NCBI RefSeq assembly: GCF_009914755.1
Contig: NC_060930.1
Strand: one strand, 5' to 3'
From: the human T2T-CHM13v2.0 reference genome, Homo sapiens
DNA length: 64,000 bases
Made by a program: the position numbers and the translations under genes. This document shows, in pieces, positions 15,258 through 29,224 of this stretch. Position 1 is the stretch's first letter; each line of letters starts with the position of its first letter. The notes under the pieces are model-generated. The model ran no database searches, was not told the origin of the DNA, and saw only the letters and a list, made by a program, of their open reading frames with translations.

Positions 15258-15320
15258 AGGTGATCATATATTTAGGGTTGCCCGAGATAGTCCCAGTTCA
15301 TGCCTATTGTCCTGGCATAA
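15258..15320 (-). mobile_element. MER94-like hAT MITE fragment
   Basis: AGGTGATCATAT...GTTGCCCGAGATAGTCCCAGTT...TGTCCTGGCATAA. Confidence 0.55.
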
Positions 15321-15639
15321 CTGAACTTCTGCATTGATTTCAGGGAAGAGTCACAATATGCAATAAACAAATACATACATAAATAAAACAAAAAACAAAA
15401 AAAACAAAAAAAAAAAAAGAAAGAAAATTGACTAAGACACAAACAAGCTGTGGGAGGCAACATTCATCAGGTTTCCTTGTTCCTGATCTCCTTGACCTAA
15501 CTGGGATCCTTCCTTGGGTGCTCCCTTTGATTCTTGAACTAGTTTTACTTCTCAAGCTTGAAATATGTTCTTGTCCTTAATATCTGGCTATCTCCTATAA
15601 TTAAATAATATTCAGCAGCTGGTATACACAAATATATCG

Positions 15640-15835
15640 AGTGAGGTCCTATTTGCATAAACTCATTCCTCATAACATTCCATGAAGTAGGTATTATCCC
15701 CATTTACAGATGAGCAAACTGAAGCACAGAGAGGTAAAGAAACGTGACTAAAGACAAACACAGCCAAAGAATCAGGACTTGACACCAGGTAATTTGGTTC
15801 TGGAATCAGTGTTCTTTACTTCTAACATTGCTTCT
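15640..15835 (-). mobile_element. MIR
   Basis: Core ATTATCCCCATTTACAGATGAGCAAACTGAAGCACAGAGAGGT. Confidence 0.85.
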
Positions 15836-16954
15836 CAATGTGAGAAACCGTAGGCATATTTAGGAACTGCAAATAGCTCAGAGCGGCCAGAGTGAGTACT
15901 GGGACAAACTGGAGGTAAGTTTAGAAAAGTAGCAGAAGGGTTTCAAATGACATGCAAAACAACTAAGTTTTCATCTGACAGGTGATGGGGTACACCACAG
16001 GATCTTAAATACATGATCATATTTGTGCTTTGGATAAACAGCTCTGTGGAATAGGTGGAATAGAAGGTGGGTAGGAGGAGAATGGTTCCTGACTCAGCTT
16101 TTTCTAAAGACTGGACCTGCGCCTCCTTCCTGGATGGGGCCTTTGGATATCCATTGTGAAGAACCTGCATGCAATTATAATACATGACTTCCCACAACCT
16201 AGGCCTGGGCCTTCCAATGATGGGATCTCCCTTTTTAACTACAACTTTTCCTTTGAGTCCCTTTCATCAGCTCTCATCTCCAAGTCTTTTTATAAGCATA
16301 CCTCTATTTCCACACTGATCCCGATAGTCTCCTTATTTAAATCCTTATCACCACAAATGTAGATTTCTGTAGCTTCACAGCTCAGTTACCTTCTTCCTAA
16401 CGCCACTACCTGCATTTTCATGAGCTGCTTTTATTTTAATCCTTTTAAAACATTACTCCCTTCATCATATTATTCTCATGATCAAATACCTTACTATTGC
16501 TTATACAGATAGTCTTAACTGTTAACCTAACATTCAATGATCTTTATAAATGATGCCCAAATCACATTTTCCAATCTTCTACTATCTCATCTACGCTGCT
16601 GCAGTCAAATTTTCTACCCATCTATAAACTGTGTGTACACAGTGTGTCTTTCTATAATCTTTGGTCACACTGTTACTCTGGTCTAGCAAAACGCATTCTT
16701 TTAAAAATCCCATCCTTTCATGATCTGGTTTAGCACTTGCCGACTCTAAACAGCCTTCCTAAACCACTCCAGTGCTGGGAATTCCTACAGCACTCAAAGC
16801 CTTACACCATATTCCTATATTTGGGCACAAACTGCCTCAGTAACATGACATCCCTTCCGTTATTGCTCTGAATTTTTTATTCATTTCATATATTAGGATT
16901 TAGCTGTTTACAGGTCACTTTTCTAATGACATCAAGAACTACTCAAAGACACAT

Positions 16955-16964
16955 TGTGTGTGTG

Positions 16965-16998
<34 letters not shown>

Positions 16999-17042
16999 AT
17001 ATATATACACACACATATATATATGTGTGTGTATACATATAT
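16955..17042. repeat. Compound (TG)(TA)(CA) microsatellite
   Basis: Direct reading. Confidence 0.9.
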
Positions 17043-19878
17043 CTAAAGACCTATAAAACCATGTTTTGTGGGTTTTTTTTTTTTTGGTATTTCTACTTTT
17101 CCCATAGTATTTCCATACCTCACCAGTGCTAGGTATGGTACTATCCTATGTATATTGTATACCTCATGTTTCTTGATAATTTAGAAAATTCAATTTATGC
17201 TGCTGTTATATCTTCCAGTAATATAAAATTTTCAGAATTTTAAGAGTTTTTCAGGTAGAAAAATTTAGCAAAACCAAAAGAGAAATGGAGGAAAAAAAGT
17301 CTAAGAAAAACATAAATGCCAGTGGAGTATGCTAATGGGAAAAAAATCAACATAAGCTTCACAATTTACAATGTCTGGAGAAATAAACTGATGTGCTTAT
17401 ACTTAAACATGTTATATTACGGAAGACTACAAGTGGTTGTTAAAGAGAACCTATTTTGCATTTATATTTGAATTTCGATAGAACTGCTTTGAATTGCTAC
17501 TTTATTGATAAGGGAAAACAAGTTCTTTTATGACAAGTTATAAAAGCTTATAGTTTATCAGTTCCCTCTCCACCCTGCAATTACCTACAGGAAGAGATTG
17601 GCCATGGGTTCTATTTTATGAGTTTTATAGGGGCCCATTCACCCCAGTTTACATACTATGAATTCTTGGAAAATGCAATAGATTGTAGAAAATAAAGTGC
17701 TTCCTTTGAATAAAGGACATTTCACTTAAACTCATACATGTATCTACATACAAGCTGTCCCAAATATTATGTTAAAATATGAAACAGCCATATTTTACAT
17801 GAATATATGTATAAAGTATACAAAAGTATAATACTGCAATAGGTAGCAATCTTGTCAATCTACAGAATTGGCTAAACAATGATAACAATCTAACAACAAT
17901 AACAACCCAACAGCTATTGAGTAAGTACAGATATTATATAATCCAAGAGATTCAGGATAAAATTTAATTTATATGATTCAGATCAGTACATTTATGAATA
18001 AGTTTAGTGTTAATGGCAAACAATATTACAAACATCTCAGAAATATTTCAGAATAACAAAATAAGACTAACGCATATTAAAGTTTACTACTGATGAAATA
18101 CCATGTGACAAAAATTCATTCAGCCCTTAGAAAACTTTGAAGAAAGGTAACTGCAGAAGGAATAAATTAATAGCTTTTAAAATTGGTCTTATAAATATGA
18201 AGAATAATGAATCAACATTTAAATTTCCAATCAGGTTAGAATGCTTTAAATTCTAATAATTAAAGGAATACTTAAGACACATGGCAAGCGTTTCATAGTT
18301 GGTATAATCCTGATGAGACAGTCTGAATTTTATTTCAACCTGTTGTGATAGATGTGTAGGCCTCTGTGAAAATGCAAGCTGTAATTTTATATACTGCCCA
18401 AAATCCATTTGCTAAAAGAAGCTTTGTTCTCTCTACCGGGGTTACAGGGTCACTGAATAAAAACTAAAAATATTAATATTAGTGTTACAAGTTTGGAATG
18501 TAGGAGCTTTACAAAAATTTAAGTTATTCATTCGAATAGGCCATATTGATGTCATTTGAATTTTATCATATTAGTTTTCACTGGAAGAGATTCAAAAACA
18601 GTACTCAAGACACTAGAAATTATATATTCAGTATGGCTTATCATGTTTCAATGTATTTTACATGTATATTAATTCTGCCAGAAAATATGAAAAGCTATGG
18701 GATTTGCCAAGCATATGACTGTACACTGAAAGGTAGATATGTTTTAACTATGTTCCAGGGGGAATACTTCCTTATGCTAGTTGCCATTTCCCTTTGATTT
18801 GCAAATAAGTCCTTCATTTAAAGTAAATACAGGACTCAAACTTGTGCTGACTTAACAATTAACTAACTTTTACACCTGCCTTTTAGGGTTCAGACAATAA
18901 CCTCTGATTAATCTGGGCTGATATTATCCTTAACTTACTATAGGCGATAAGCAAGTGCAGAGGGACTAATTCTTAAAGTGGCATGATGTAAGTCTTTTCA
19001 TATAATCTAACATCATGATTATCTCATGTCTTATTTACTTTTTCTATTATCAATAGTACAGTGTCTGAATGAATATCATTCAGGACAAAAATTAGTGAAA
19101 AGAAAGCCACACATTTAACCATCAAATCTGACCTAGGACATTAGGTATAAAGAAAATAAAACAATATCTATAATATACGAGCAGGCCACATAGGTTCCTT
19201 ACACAAGAGAATGACTAGCAGTCTGATGTCCAATGTCTCTTCTGCAATACTAAACGCCAGAATGCAAAGATAATCAACTTCCACAATGTTTTGAGGAGAA
19301 AAGGTTAAGTTCAAGTAATTAAAAATCTTGGCAAGCTGTCTAATAGTAAAGGCAATTGACAAGTATTTAAAAATATGCAGACTCAGATAATTCACTTCCC
19401 ATTTTCTAATTCTTGAAGAACAACTAGAAAATGTACTCTGAGGTATAAACAAAATGAAGAGCTCAGCATGCCAAAAAAATTAAGTGATTATAGACAGTTA
19501 AAAATAGAGGTTTGATTCTTTTTGATGAAAGGGGTGTCACATCATGTGGAGATTTTTTTCACTTTCTATTAAAGGTATCTCAAAAAAACAAATATGGTAC
19601 TATTTGTAAGAAAGAAAAAAAAAACCCAAACAAAAAAATCAAAGTTCATGTAGTAAATGAAAAACAAAAAGGAAACAAGTGAATTAAAAAGAGAGTGAGA
19701 GGTGACATGGAACAAAGGGACAGAGGTGGTTTTGTTCTCAGGCTGATCTTTATTTACTGAAGGGACACTGGATTGTATTATAGTACTATAGAATCAAACT
19801 CAAGTTTGATTGACCATAACCATATATTTACTGAAAACTTCACTTAGAATTCCAACTTGGAATGTTAAGAAACATATC

Positions 19879-20245
<367 letters not shown>

Positions 20246-21193
20246 TTAATGGCTGCAACTAGCATATACCACTCTCCTAGAACTGCCATTCATGGCAGTA
20301 CTTGGAGCAAGGGGAACGTGGGCGTGAAAATGGGTAAAGAAGTAAGCTGGGAATTGAGGGTTAGGTCTGGGGTTGAGAAGTCACTCAGGGTCCCAGCCTC
20401 AGCTATTCTAAAATCCTGGCCCACTCCCTTTCTGTTTTTTTCTCAGGCTCTAACAGATACTTAAATCATGGTATCTCTTCTTTTTTTGGGTCAGTAGAAT
20501 ACAAAATTTGGGGCTACAAATATTCCACTTTGATAATTTTTAGACTCCTTTTTTTCCTCCCTAAACATTTTCTTCTCCTAAGCCCTTTAAAGAAAATAAG
20601 AGAAGATAGGTTCAAGGATGGAAATTAGATAAAATTACATTTCTGTGAAAATCAGACTTTACTTGTCCTGGTCTGGGACCAGAGGGCACTGGGCAATAAT
20701 AATGAACAGACTTATGATTCTATTTAGAGGTTATGGAGAAAGGGCAAAGATTAAGTGTTGGAAAGCCAGGGGCTGTTGGGGAGAGAGGTAGTAACATCCT
20801 TACTTTGTAGTAGAGACACAGAAGGAGAAGAGTAGCCAATCCTTCCTCAGAAAAATACATCAAAAAGGACTGAATATATTATTCAAATACATTAAAATAA
20901 TAAATTTTTCTTAATTGCCATTCTTTAATTTTTTAATACTAAAGAATAAAATTTATATCATGTTATGGCTACTCTTTTAGCATACTTACTAAAGGATAAC
21001 TGAAACATACATACTACAGTCAAGTTCTTTTTAATGATTATGCTAATTCCTCATGTACTGGTCTTTTCTAAAGTCCCACATATTAAGTTATCAAACATGT
21101 TAAATCAATCATAGGGATTTATTACAAATAAAAAATAGAGTCAATTTGCTACTGAGGCATATATTAATCATCAACACAATTCAAATACTTTAA

Positions 21194-21496
<303 letters not shown>

Positions 21497-21518
21497 ATCT
21501 TTATTTTCTTAATTGGTA

Positions 21519-21748
21519 CAGTTTGACTATCCCTAATCCAAAAACCTGAAATATGAAATCCTCCAAAATCTGAAACTTTATGAACATTGACATGACTTTC
21601 AAAGAAAATGTTCATTGGGACATTTTGGATTTCTAATTTTTGGCTCAGGGATGCAGGAAGTGTAACACAAATGTTCCAAAATTTGAAAAAGACCAAAATC
21701 CAAAACACTTCTGGTCCTAAGCATTTTGGATAAGGGATACTCAACCTA
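21519..21748. mobile_element. Tigger4a/MER46-type MITE
   Basis: TIRs CAGTTTGACTATCCCTAATCCAAAA / TTTTGGATAAGGGATACTCAACCT; TA flanks. Confidence 0.8.
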
Positions 21749-22313
21749 TATTACCAAATCTTTCTCACAATAGGAAATGGAGAATCACAGGAAGTACTTG
21801 GAAGACTTATGAATGCAAAGGATAAGAAATAAGAGTAGGATTAGGGAACGTACAGTGTACTCTATATCATCTTATGAGTCTTTCAATTGCAAACTAGCAA
21901 CTAATATATGTTTCACACAAATATCATATTCAGAGACTAAAAGGGAAATCTAATAATTATCTTCCTTCTATTAATACAACTTTTTAAATATAGTGAATAG
22001 ATGCTATAATTGTTAAATGCCTTTTGTTGAGAAGAAGGATAAAAGATAAGACTTCAGTTCTATAATAATAAAGCAAAGTAACCTATAAGAGAAATGAAGC
22101 ATAATGGCCTTTTTTCACTATTATAAAACATTCACTTTAAATAATGATGCTAGTGCACAAAATAACATTCATTTTTAGAAGGGTAAAAATCAATTTGCAC
22201 AAATACTTACATTACATTATCAAAACTATAAATTATTTCTAAGTTAACAACATTAATATGAACAAATCTTGCAGGGATATAACTTTTGGCAAAAAGGTTT
22301 TAAGAGTTTTCTA

Positions 22314-22520
<207 letters not shown>

Positions 22521-24482
22521 TTATTGGAAAAACATTTATTATGACTCACACAGCTTCCAAGAAAAAAGTCTCACTTGGAAGGCAAGATCCTTTTAAGATG
22601 TATCATGAATTCTTTGGTCAGAAACAGTTGGTCTAAACTGACTCAAGGTTAGCTAAGCCTTTTTTCCCATTCAAGTGATGTCTAGCAATAGCGCAAGATG
22701 TGTCCACATCCTGCTCTCAACTCAAAAATTACACCATTATCTGGGCTCTGCTGCTTTTCTTCCATGAAAGTTTTATTTCTGATTCAAGGATATGAAGTTT
22801 TTAAAAAGAAGTATCACAAGGGCTATGAAGTGAATCACTACTGTCTTATTTTCTCAAAAGAATAAATAAATCCATCTGAATTTCTCTTTGATCATCTGAC
22901 TTCCTACTATGACATACTCTATTTATTCAATCACCATGAGTATCTGAAGAAAAATGTTCCCCTGATTCCCTCCTTTAAAATGATAACACAGATGGCTAAT
23001 CTTGAGAAATATTCTTTTATCATGTGTGGATTTATCTTTTTGTTCCCAATGTTCTCTACTGCATTTCTTTGTAATAAACACCCTTTCAGGACGTGACACA
23101 GGGGATCTCATCTGTAAAGATACTGGTTCAAAGTCTAACTCAAGTTAAAAATGAACACAAGTGTGGGTCTTGTTTAATTCCTAATTTCTGGCCACCAGCA
23201 AACTAACATATAATTTAGGATATTAACATAGTTTGTTCAAACAATGCTAAAGGCTGTCATATGCAGGACAAGAGGCAAGAACTACAATGTCTGTTAATAG
23301 CAATTAGTAAAATTCCTAGTTTAAATGTTAGTTTCTCTTCTACAAGCATATGACTCATTTTTCTTAAAGTACGGTAAAGGATTAAGTGAGATCAACACAA
23401 ACAATCACTTTTTATCGCTTTGCAAGAGTATTTTCAAAATGAATCATGAAACATGCAGTTTTTGTTTCATTAATTTTTTGTAACATTTATTGTTAGCCAG
23501 TGAAGTATAAAGCACTATACTACCTTCATTCAATTGACTAATATTTTTGAGTGGTTATTCTTGGTACTCAGTGATAAAAGATGAATATATTACAGTTTCT
23601 GACTATAAGAGTCTAGTAAAACATGGATATCCTTTTCTGAAGAATTACCACAGAGCAAATGAACAGAGTTTCATCTTAAGTGTAATAAAATCTTTAAGGT
23701 AATTTTGATGGAAAGACACTCTTATTCATAGAGTAACACCAGTTTTGGGTTAATTTTTTTTCAAAGGGTACAACATGCAGGCAAATAAGTAATGTAGATT
23801 CCTATTGTAAGATTTTAACAATATAGAAATATAGAGAGAATAAATTGAGAAATCCCAACTTTGTCAGCCCCTACAGTCTCACAATCCTAGCTGCAAACAC
23901 TGAGAATAGTGTGGCATGGCAACTGGCTTTCAAATGAGAGTGGTCATGCCAGAGTTCAGCAATTAACAACATCTTACACACGTCTTCTCACTATTGTAAT
24001 CTGACTGTTATAAAATTGACCTAGGCTGATTACTGATTTTTAAATTCTTATCTAAACAGAAAGTAATTTTAATTGGAGAAAAGGAACTTTAAAATAATAA
24101 AAACCAAAGCAAACCAGGCAAAAATCTATATATACAGTTTATACAATACCAAGAAAAAAACAAAAAAAACTCTACAGATTTTAGTGTTTCCATTTTAGGA
24201 TAAGAATGTGTTGAAAATTAGAATTTCAAAAACTGGATTATCCAAAGTTATAATCTTAGTTTTAAATTTAGATTACATATATAAATAATATTTGGAAATA
24301 CAATCATGCATGTTTGTTCAAGCTTGCAGTAAAAAATATATAGAAAGGAATAAACTTTAGAAAAAAATGTATCAAAATAACTTCCTATTTTAGGTAAATT
24401 TTACTTAAAAATCTGTATTTGTATCTCATTTCACTTTTATTAATGTATAACAATAATTGAAAGCTCATAATAAGTAGCATGC

Positions 24483-24888
24483 TATAATGGTTAGTATTAT
24501 ATGTCTACTTAGCTAGGCCATGGTACCCAGATACTTGATCAAACATTATTCTAGATATTTCTTTGAAGGTTTTAGATGGAATTAACATTTAAATCAACAG
24601 GCTTTGAGTAAAGCACACTGCCCTCCATGATGTTAAGTGGGCCTCATCCAATCAGATGAAGGCCTTAAGAAAATGACAACTCACCTGAGAGCGAGGGGAT
24701 TCTGCCAACAGGCTGCCTTCAGACTGGAACTGCAACTCTTTCCTACGTCTCCCTCCTGTTGGCCTAGCCTGCAGATTTTGGTCTTGCCAGCCCCCACAAT
24801 GTTTGAGACAATTCCTTAAAGTAAACCTTTCTCTCTCTATGGTCTTCCTACTGGTTCTGTTTCTCTGGAGAACCCTGACTAGTAATAT
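24483..24888 (+). mobile_element. MLT2 (ERVL) solo LTR
   Basis: Starts TATAATGGTTAGTATTATATGTC; ends CTGGTTCTGTTTCTCTGGAGAACCCTGACTA. Confidence 0.8.
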
Positions 24889-25119
24889 ACTTACTTTCTG
24901 GGACATATGAAATAAATAAAAATGCTATTGCTTATACTCTAAATTATAAATGTTATGTTCATTCAACATAATTGTGTAGGAATATAGTTAAAATGTTGAT
25001 GTTAGTATGAAATATTTTAAAATCTGCATATATCCGAATGAACTCAGGAATATATAGATAGAATAAATCGACCTATCAACAAATAAAAATGAAAAAAATT
25101 ATAAAAGCAGTCTGTCAGC

Positions 25120-25901
25120 AGAATAAAGAATCAATCTATCAATAAATATTACTGCTAGGTTGTCCAGTCTAACAATCTCTGCCTTTCAATGATTTGACTA
25201 TTTACATTTAATGCAATTACTCATATGGCTTTGCTGAAGTTTAGCATTTTGCTATCTTATTGCATTTCTTTTTGTTCTTTTCTTCCTCTTTTTCTATATT
25301 CTTTTGCAATAGTCAAATAGTTTTACTCTTCCATTTTATGTCCTCTGATGGCTTTTTAGTTACATCTCTTCATATTTTTTAATGGCTAATGTAGAGATTA
25401 CAACGTACCACTGTACTATACCTTGAATTAGGATTTCTTCTACTTCAAGAATAATATAAGCAACTTAAAACAGTGTTAACCCCATTTATTCAACCACCCT
25501 TTATGCTTTTGCTGCCTTATATTTAACTTCTATATGTTATAAACACCACAATATATTGTCAGTATTGTTGTTTTAAACTGATATATTTATCTTTATCCCT
25601 TCTTGCAGATCCAGGCTTTCACATGAGATCATTAATCCCCTGTTATTTTGTAGTGTAAGTCTGCTGGTGACTATGTTTTTTCCTGAAAAATCTTTAGTAG
25701 GGATTCATTTACAAAGAATGTTTTGCTGGGTATTGAAATCTAGGTTAATAGCCATTTTCTTTTAGAAAATGATTTCATTCCATTATTTCTTATGAGAAGG
25801 AAGTCATCATTCTTACTATGATTTCCCTGAACGTAACACTTTTCCCCTCTGGCTGCTTTTGTAATTTTCTTTTTAGTTTAATCAGGAGGTACCTAGGTAT
25901 G

Positions 25902-25955
<54 letters not shown>

Positions 25956-26081
25956 TGTATATTTATACTCTAAAGGAATATAAATTTTTCATTTTCTTCA
26001 GTTTAATTAGGAGGTATCTATGGTTTCATTTATATATATGTATACGTGTATGTGTGTATCTTTGGATTTTGCTAAGCTTTT
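25120..26081 (-). mobile_element. Ancient L1M fragment, host of the L1PB (continues at 33753-34340)
   Basis: T-rich antisense L1M ORF1-type sequence, collinear across the L1PB TSD. Confidence 0.6.
25906..25952. repeat. (CA)n microsatellite, about 23 units
   Basis: Direct reading. Confidence 0.95.
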
Positions 26082-26600
26082 AAATTTTATTTTTTTTGAT
26101 TTTATTTTTTATTTCAATAGGTCTTTGAGGAACAAGTGGTGTTTGGTTACATGGGTAAGTTCTTTAGTGGTGATTTATGAGATTTTGTGTATCTGTCACC
26201 CAAGCAGTGTACACTGTACCCAATGTGTACTCTTCTATCCCTCACCCCTGTCCCACCCTTTCCAAGTCCCCAAAGTCCTTAGAATAAGAGTCTCCAATTC
26301 TATCCAGGTTGCTGTGAATGCCATTATTCCATTCCTTTTTATGACTAAGTAGTATTCCATGGTGTGTGTGTGTAGGTGTGAGTGTGTGTATATATATATA
26401 TGTATAAAGAAAATGTGGTGTATATACACATATATATACTTGGTGATTGATGGGCATTTGGGATGGTTCCGTATTTTTGCAATTGCAAATTGTGCTGCTA
26501 TATATAAACATGTGTGTGCAAGTATCTTTTTTGTACAGTGACTTTTTTTTCCCTCTGGGTAGATGGTAGCGGGATTGCTGGAGCAAAAGCGCTACTTTTC

Positions 26601-26681
26601 TTAGGTTGGTGCAAAAGTAATTGCAGATTTTGCTAATTGAAACTAATGGCAAAAACTGCAGTAACTTTTGCACCAACCTAA
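26601..26681. mobile_element. MADE1 (Hsmar1 MITE) inserted in the L1PB
   Basis: TIRs TTAGGTTGGTGCAAAAGT...ACTTTTGCACCAACCTAA; 81 bp. Confidence 0.95.
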
Positions 26682-27278
26682 TAGTTCTTTAAGGAATCTC
26701 CACACTGTTTTCCATAGTGGTTGTACTAGTTCATGTTCCCACCGGCAATGCAGGGATGTTCCCTTTTCACCACATTTACACCAACATCTATTATTTTTTG
26801 ATTATGGCCATTATTGCAGGAGTAAGGTGGCATCACATTGCAGTTTTGATTTGCAGTTCCCTGATCATTAGTGATGCTGAGCATTTTTTCATATGCTTGT
26901 TGGCCATTTGTATATCTTCTTTTGACAACTGTCAATTGTCTATGCATGTCCTTAGCCCACTTTGTGATGGGATTTTTTTTTTCTTGCTGATTTGTTTGAG
27001 TTCCTTGTAGATTCTGTATAGTAGTCCTTTGTCAGATGCATACTTTGAGAAGATTTTCTCCCACTCTGTGGGTTCTCTGTTTACTCTGCTGATTCTTTTG
27101 CTGTGCAGAAGCCTTTTAGTTTAAGTTCCATCTATTTATCTTTGTTTTTGTTGCAATTGCTTTTGGGTTCTTGATCATAAAGTCTTTGCCTAAGCCAATG
27201 TCTAGTAGTGTTTTTCCAATATTATCTTCCAGAATTTTTATGATTCTGGGTCTTAGATTTAAGTCTTTCATCCATCTT

Positions 27279-29224
27279 TTTTTTAAATTTTATTTTATTT
27301 TATTATTATTATTATTATTATTTTTATTGATCATTCTTGGGTGTTTCTCGCAGAGGGGGATTTGGCAGGGTCACAGGACAATAGTGGAGGGAAGGTCAGT
27401 AGATAAACAAGTGAACAAAGGTCTCTGGTTTTCCTAGGCAGAGGACCCTGCGGCCTTCCGCAGTGTTTGTGTCCCTGGGTACTTGAGATTAGGGAGTGGT
27501 GATGACTCTTAAGGAGCATGCTGCCTTCAAGCATCTGTTTAACAAAGCACATCTTGCACCGCCCTTAATCCATTCAACCCTGAGTGGATACAGCACATGT
27601 TTCAGAGAGCACAGGGTTGGGGGTAAGGTCACCGATCAACAGGATCCCAAGGCAGAAGAATTTTTCTTAGTACAGAACAAAATGAAAAGTCTCCAATGTC
27701 TACCTCTTTCTACACAGACACGGCAACCATCCGATTTCTCAAGCTTTTCCCCACCTTTCCCCCCTTTCTATTCTACAAAACCGCCATTGTCATCATGGCC
27801 TGTTCTCAATGAGCTGTTGGGTACACCTCCCAGACGGGGTGGTGGCCGGGCAGAGGGGCTCCTCACTTCCCAGTAGGGGCGGCCGGGCAGAGGCGCCCCT
27901 CACCTCCCGGACGGGGCGGCTGGCCGGGCGGGGGGCTGACCCCCCCACCTCCCTCCCGGACGGGGCGGCTGGCCGGGCAGAGGCGCCCCTCACTTCCCGG
28001 ACGGGGCAGCTGGCCGGGCGGGGGTTGACCCCCCCACCTCCCTCCGGGACGGGGTGGTGGCCGGGCAGAGGGGCTCCTCACTTCCCAGTAGGCGCGGCCG
28101 GGCAGAGGCGCCCCTCACCCCCCGGACGGGGCGGCTGGCCGGACGGGGGGCTGACCCCCCCCACCTCCCTCCCGGATGGGGCGGCTGGCCGGGCGGGGGG
28201 CTGACCCCCCCACCTCCCTCCCGGACGGGGCGGCTGGCCGGGCAGAGGGGCTCCTCACTTCCCAGTAGGGGCGGCCGGGCAGAGGCGCCCCTCACCTCCC
28301 GGACAGGGCGGCTGGCCGGGCGGGGGGCTGACCCCCCCACCTCCCTCCCGGACGAGGTGGCTGCCGGGCGGAGATGCTCCTCACTTCCCAGACAGGGTGG
28401 CTGCTGGGCGGAGGGGCTCCTCACTTCTCAGACAGGGCGGTTGCCAGGCAGAGGGTCTCCTCACTTCTCAGACGGGGCGTCCGGGCAGAGACGCTCCTCA
28501 CATCCTGGACGGGGCGGCAGGGCAGAGGTGCTCCCCACATCTCAGACGATGGGCGGCCGGGCAGAGACGCTCCTCACTTCCCAGATGTGATGGCGGCCGG
28601 GAAGAGGCGCTCCTCACTTCCTAGATGGGATGGCAGCCGGGCAGAGACGCTCCTCACTTTCCAGACTGGGCAGCCAGGCAGAGGGGCTCCTCACATCCCA
28701 GACGATGGGCGGCCAGGCGGAGACGCTCCTCACTTCCCAGACGGGGTGGCGGCCGGGCAGAGGCTGCAATCTCGGCACTTTGGGAGGCCAAGGCAGGCGG
28801 CTGGGAGGTGGAGGTTGTAGCGAGCCGAGATCACGCCACTGCACTCCAGCCTGGGCACCATTGAGCACTGAGTGAACGAGACTCCGTCTGCAATCCCGGC
28901 ACCTCGGGAGGCCGAGGCTGGCGGATCACTCGCGGTTAGGAGCTGGAGACCAGCCCGGCCAACACAGCGAATCCCCGTCTCCACCAAAAAAATACGAAAA
29001 CCAGTCAGGCGTGGCGGCGCACGCCTGCAATCGCAGGCACTCGGCAAGCTGAGGCAGGAGAATCAGGCAGGGAGGTTGCAGTAGGCCGAGATGGCAGCAG
29101 TACCGTCCAGCTTCGGCTCGGCATCAGAGGGAGACCGTGGAAAGAGAGGGAGAGGGAGACCGTGGGGAGAGGAAGAGGAAGAGGGAGAGGGAGAGGGAGA
29201 GGGAGAGGGAGTGGGAGCGGGAGC
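27279..29224 (-). mobile_element. Full-length SVA retrotransposon (D-like), sense to AHI1
   Basis: (CCCTCT)n head at about 29145-29224, Alu-like domain, GC-rich VNTR at about 27830-28760, SINE-R, AATAAA at 27323-27328 plus A-rich tail; perfect 16-bp TSD GTCTTTCATCCATCTT at 27263-27278 and 29225-29240. Confidence 0.97.

Noticed and set aside
15340-15425. AATAAA plus A-rich tail
   Set aside because: No convincing TSD or source; may be simple low complexity.
27830-28760. Repeat array superficially like a CRISPR or a CpG-island promoter
   Set aside because: It is the SVA VNTR, with no unique spacers, in a eukaryotic context.
27793-29084. Many overlapping GC-rich ORFs up to 178 aa
   Set aside because: They are SVA VNTR and Alu-like sequence, stop-poor by composition; not genes.
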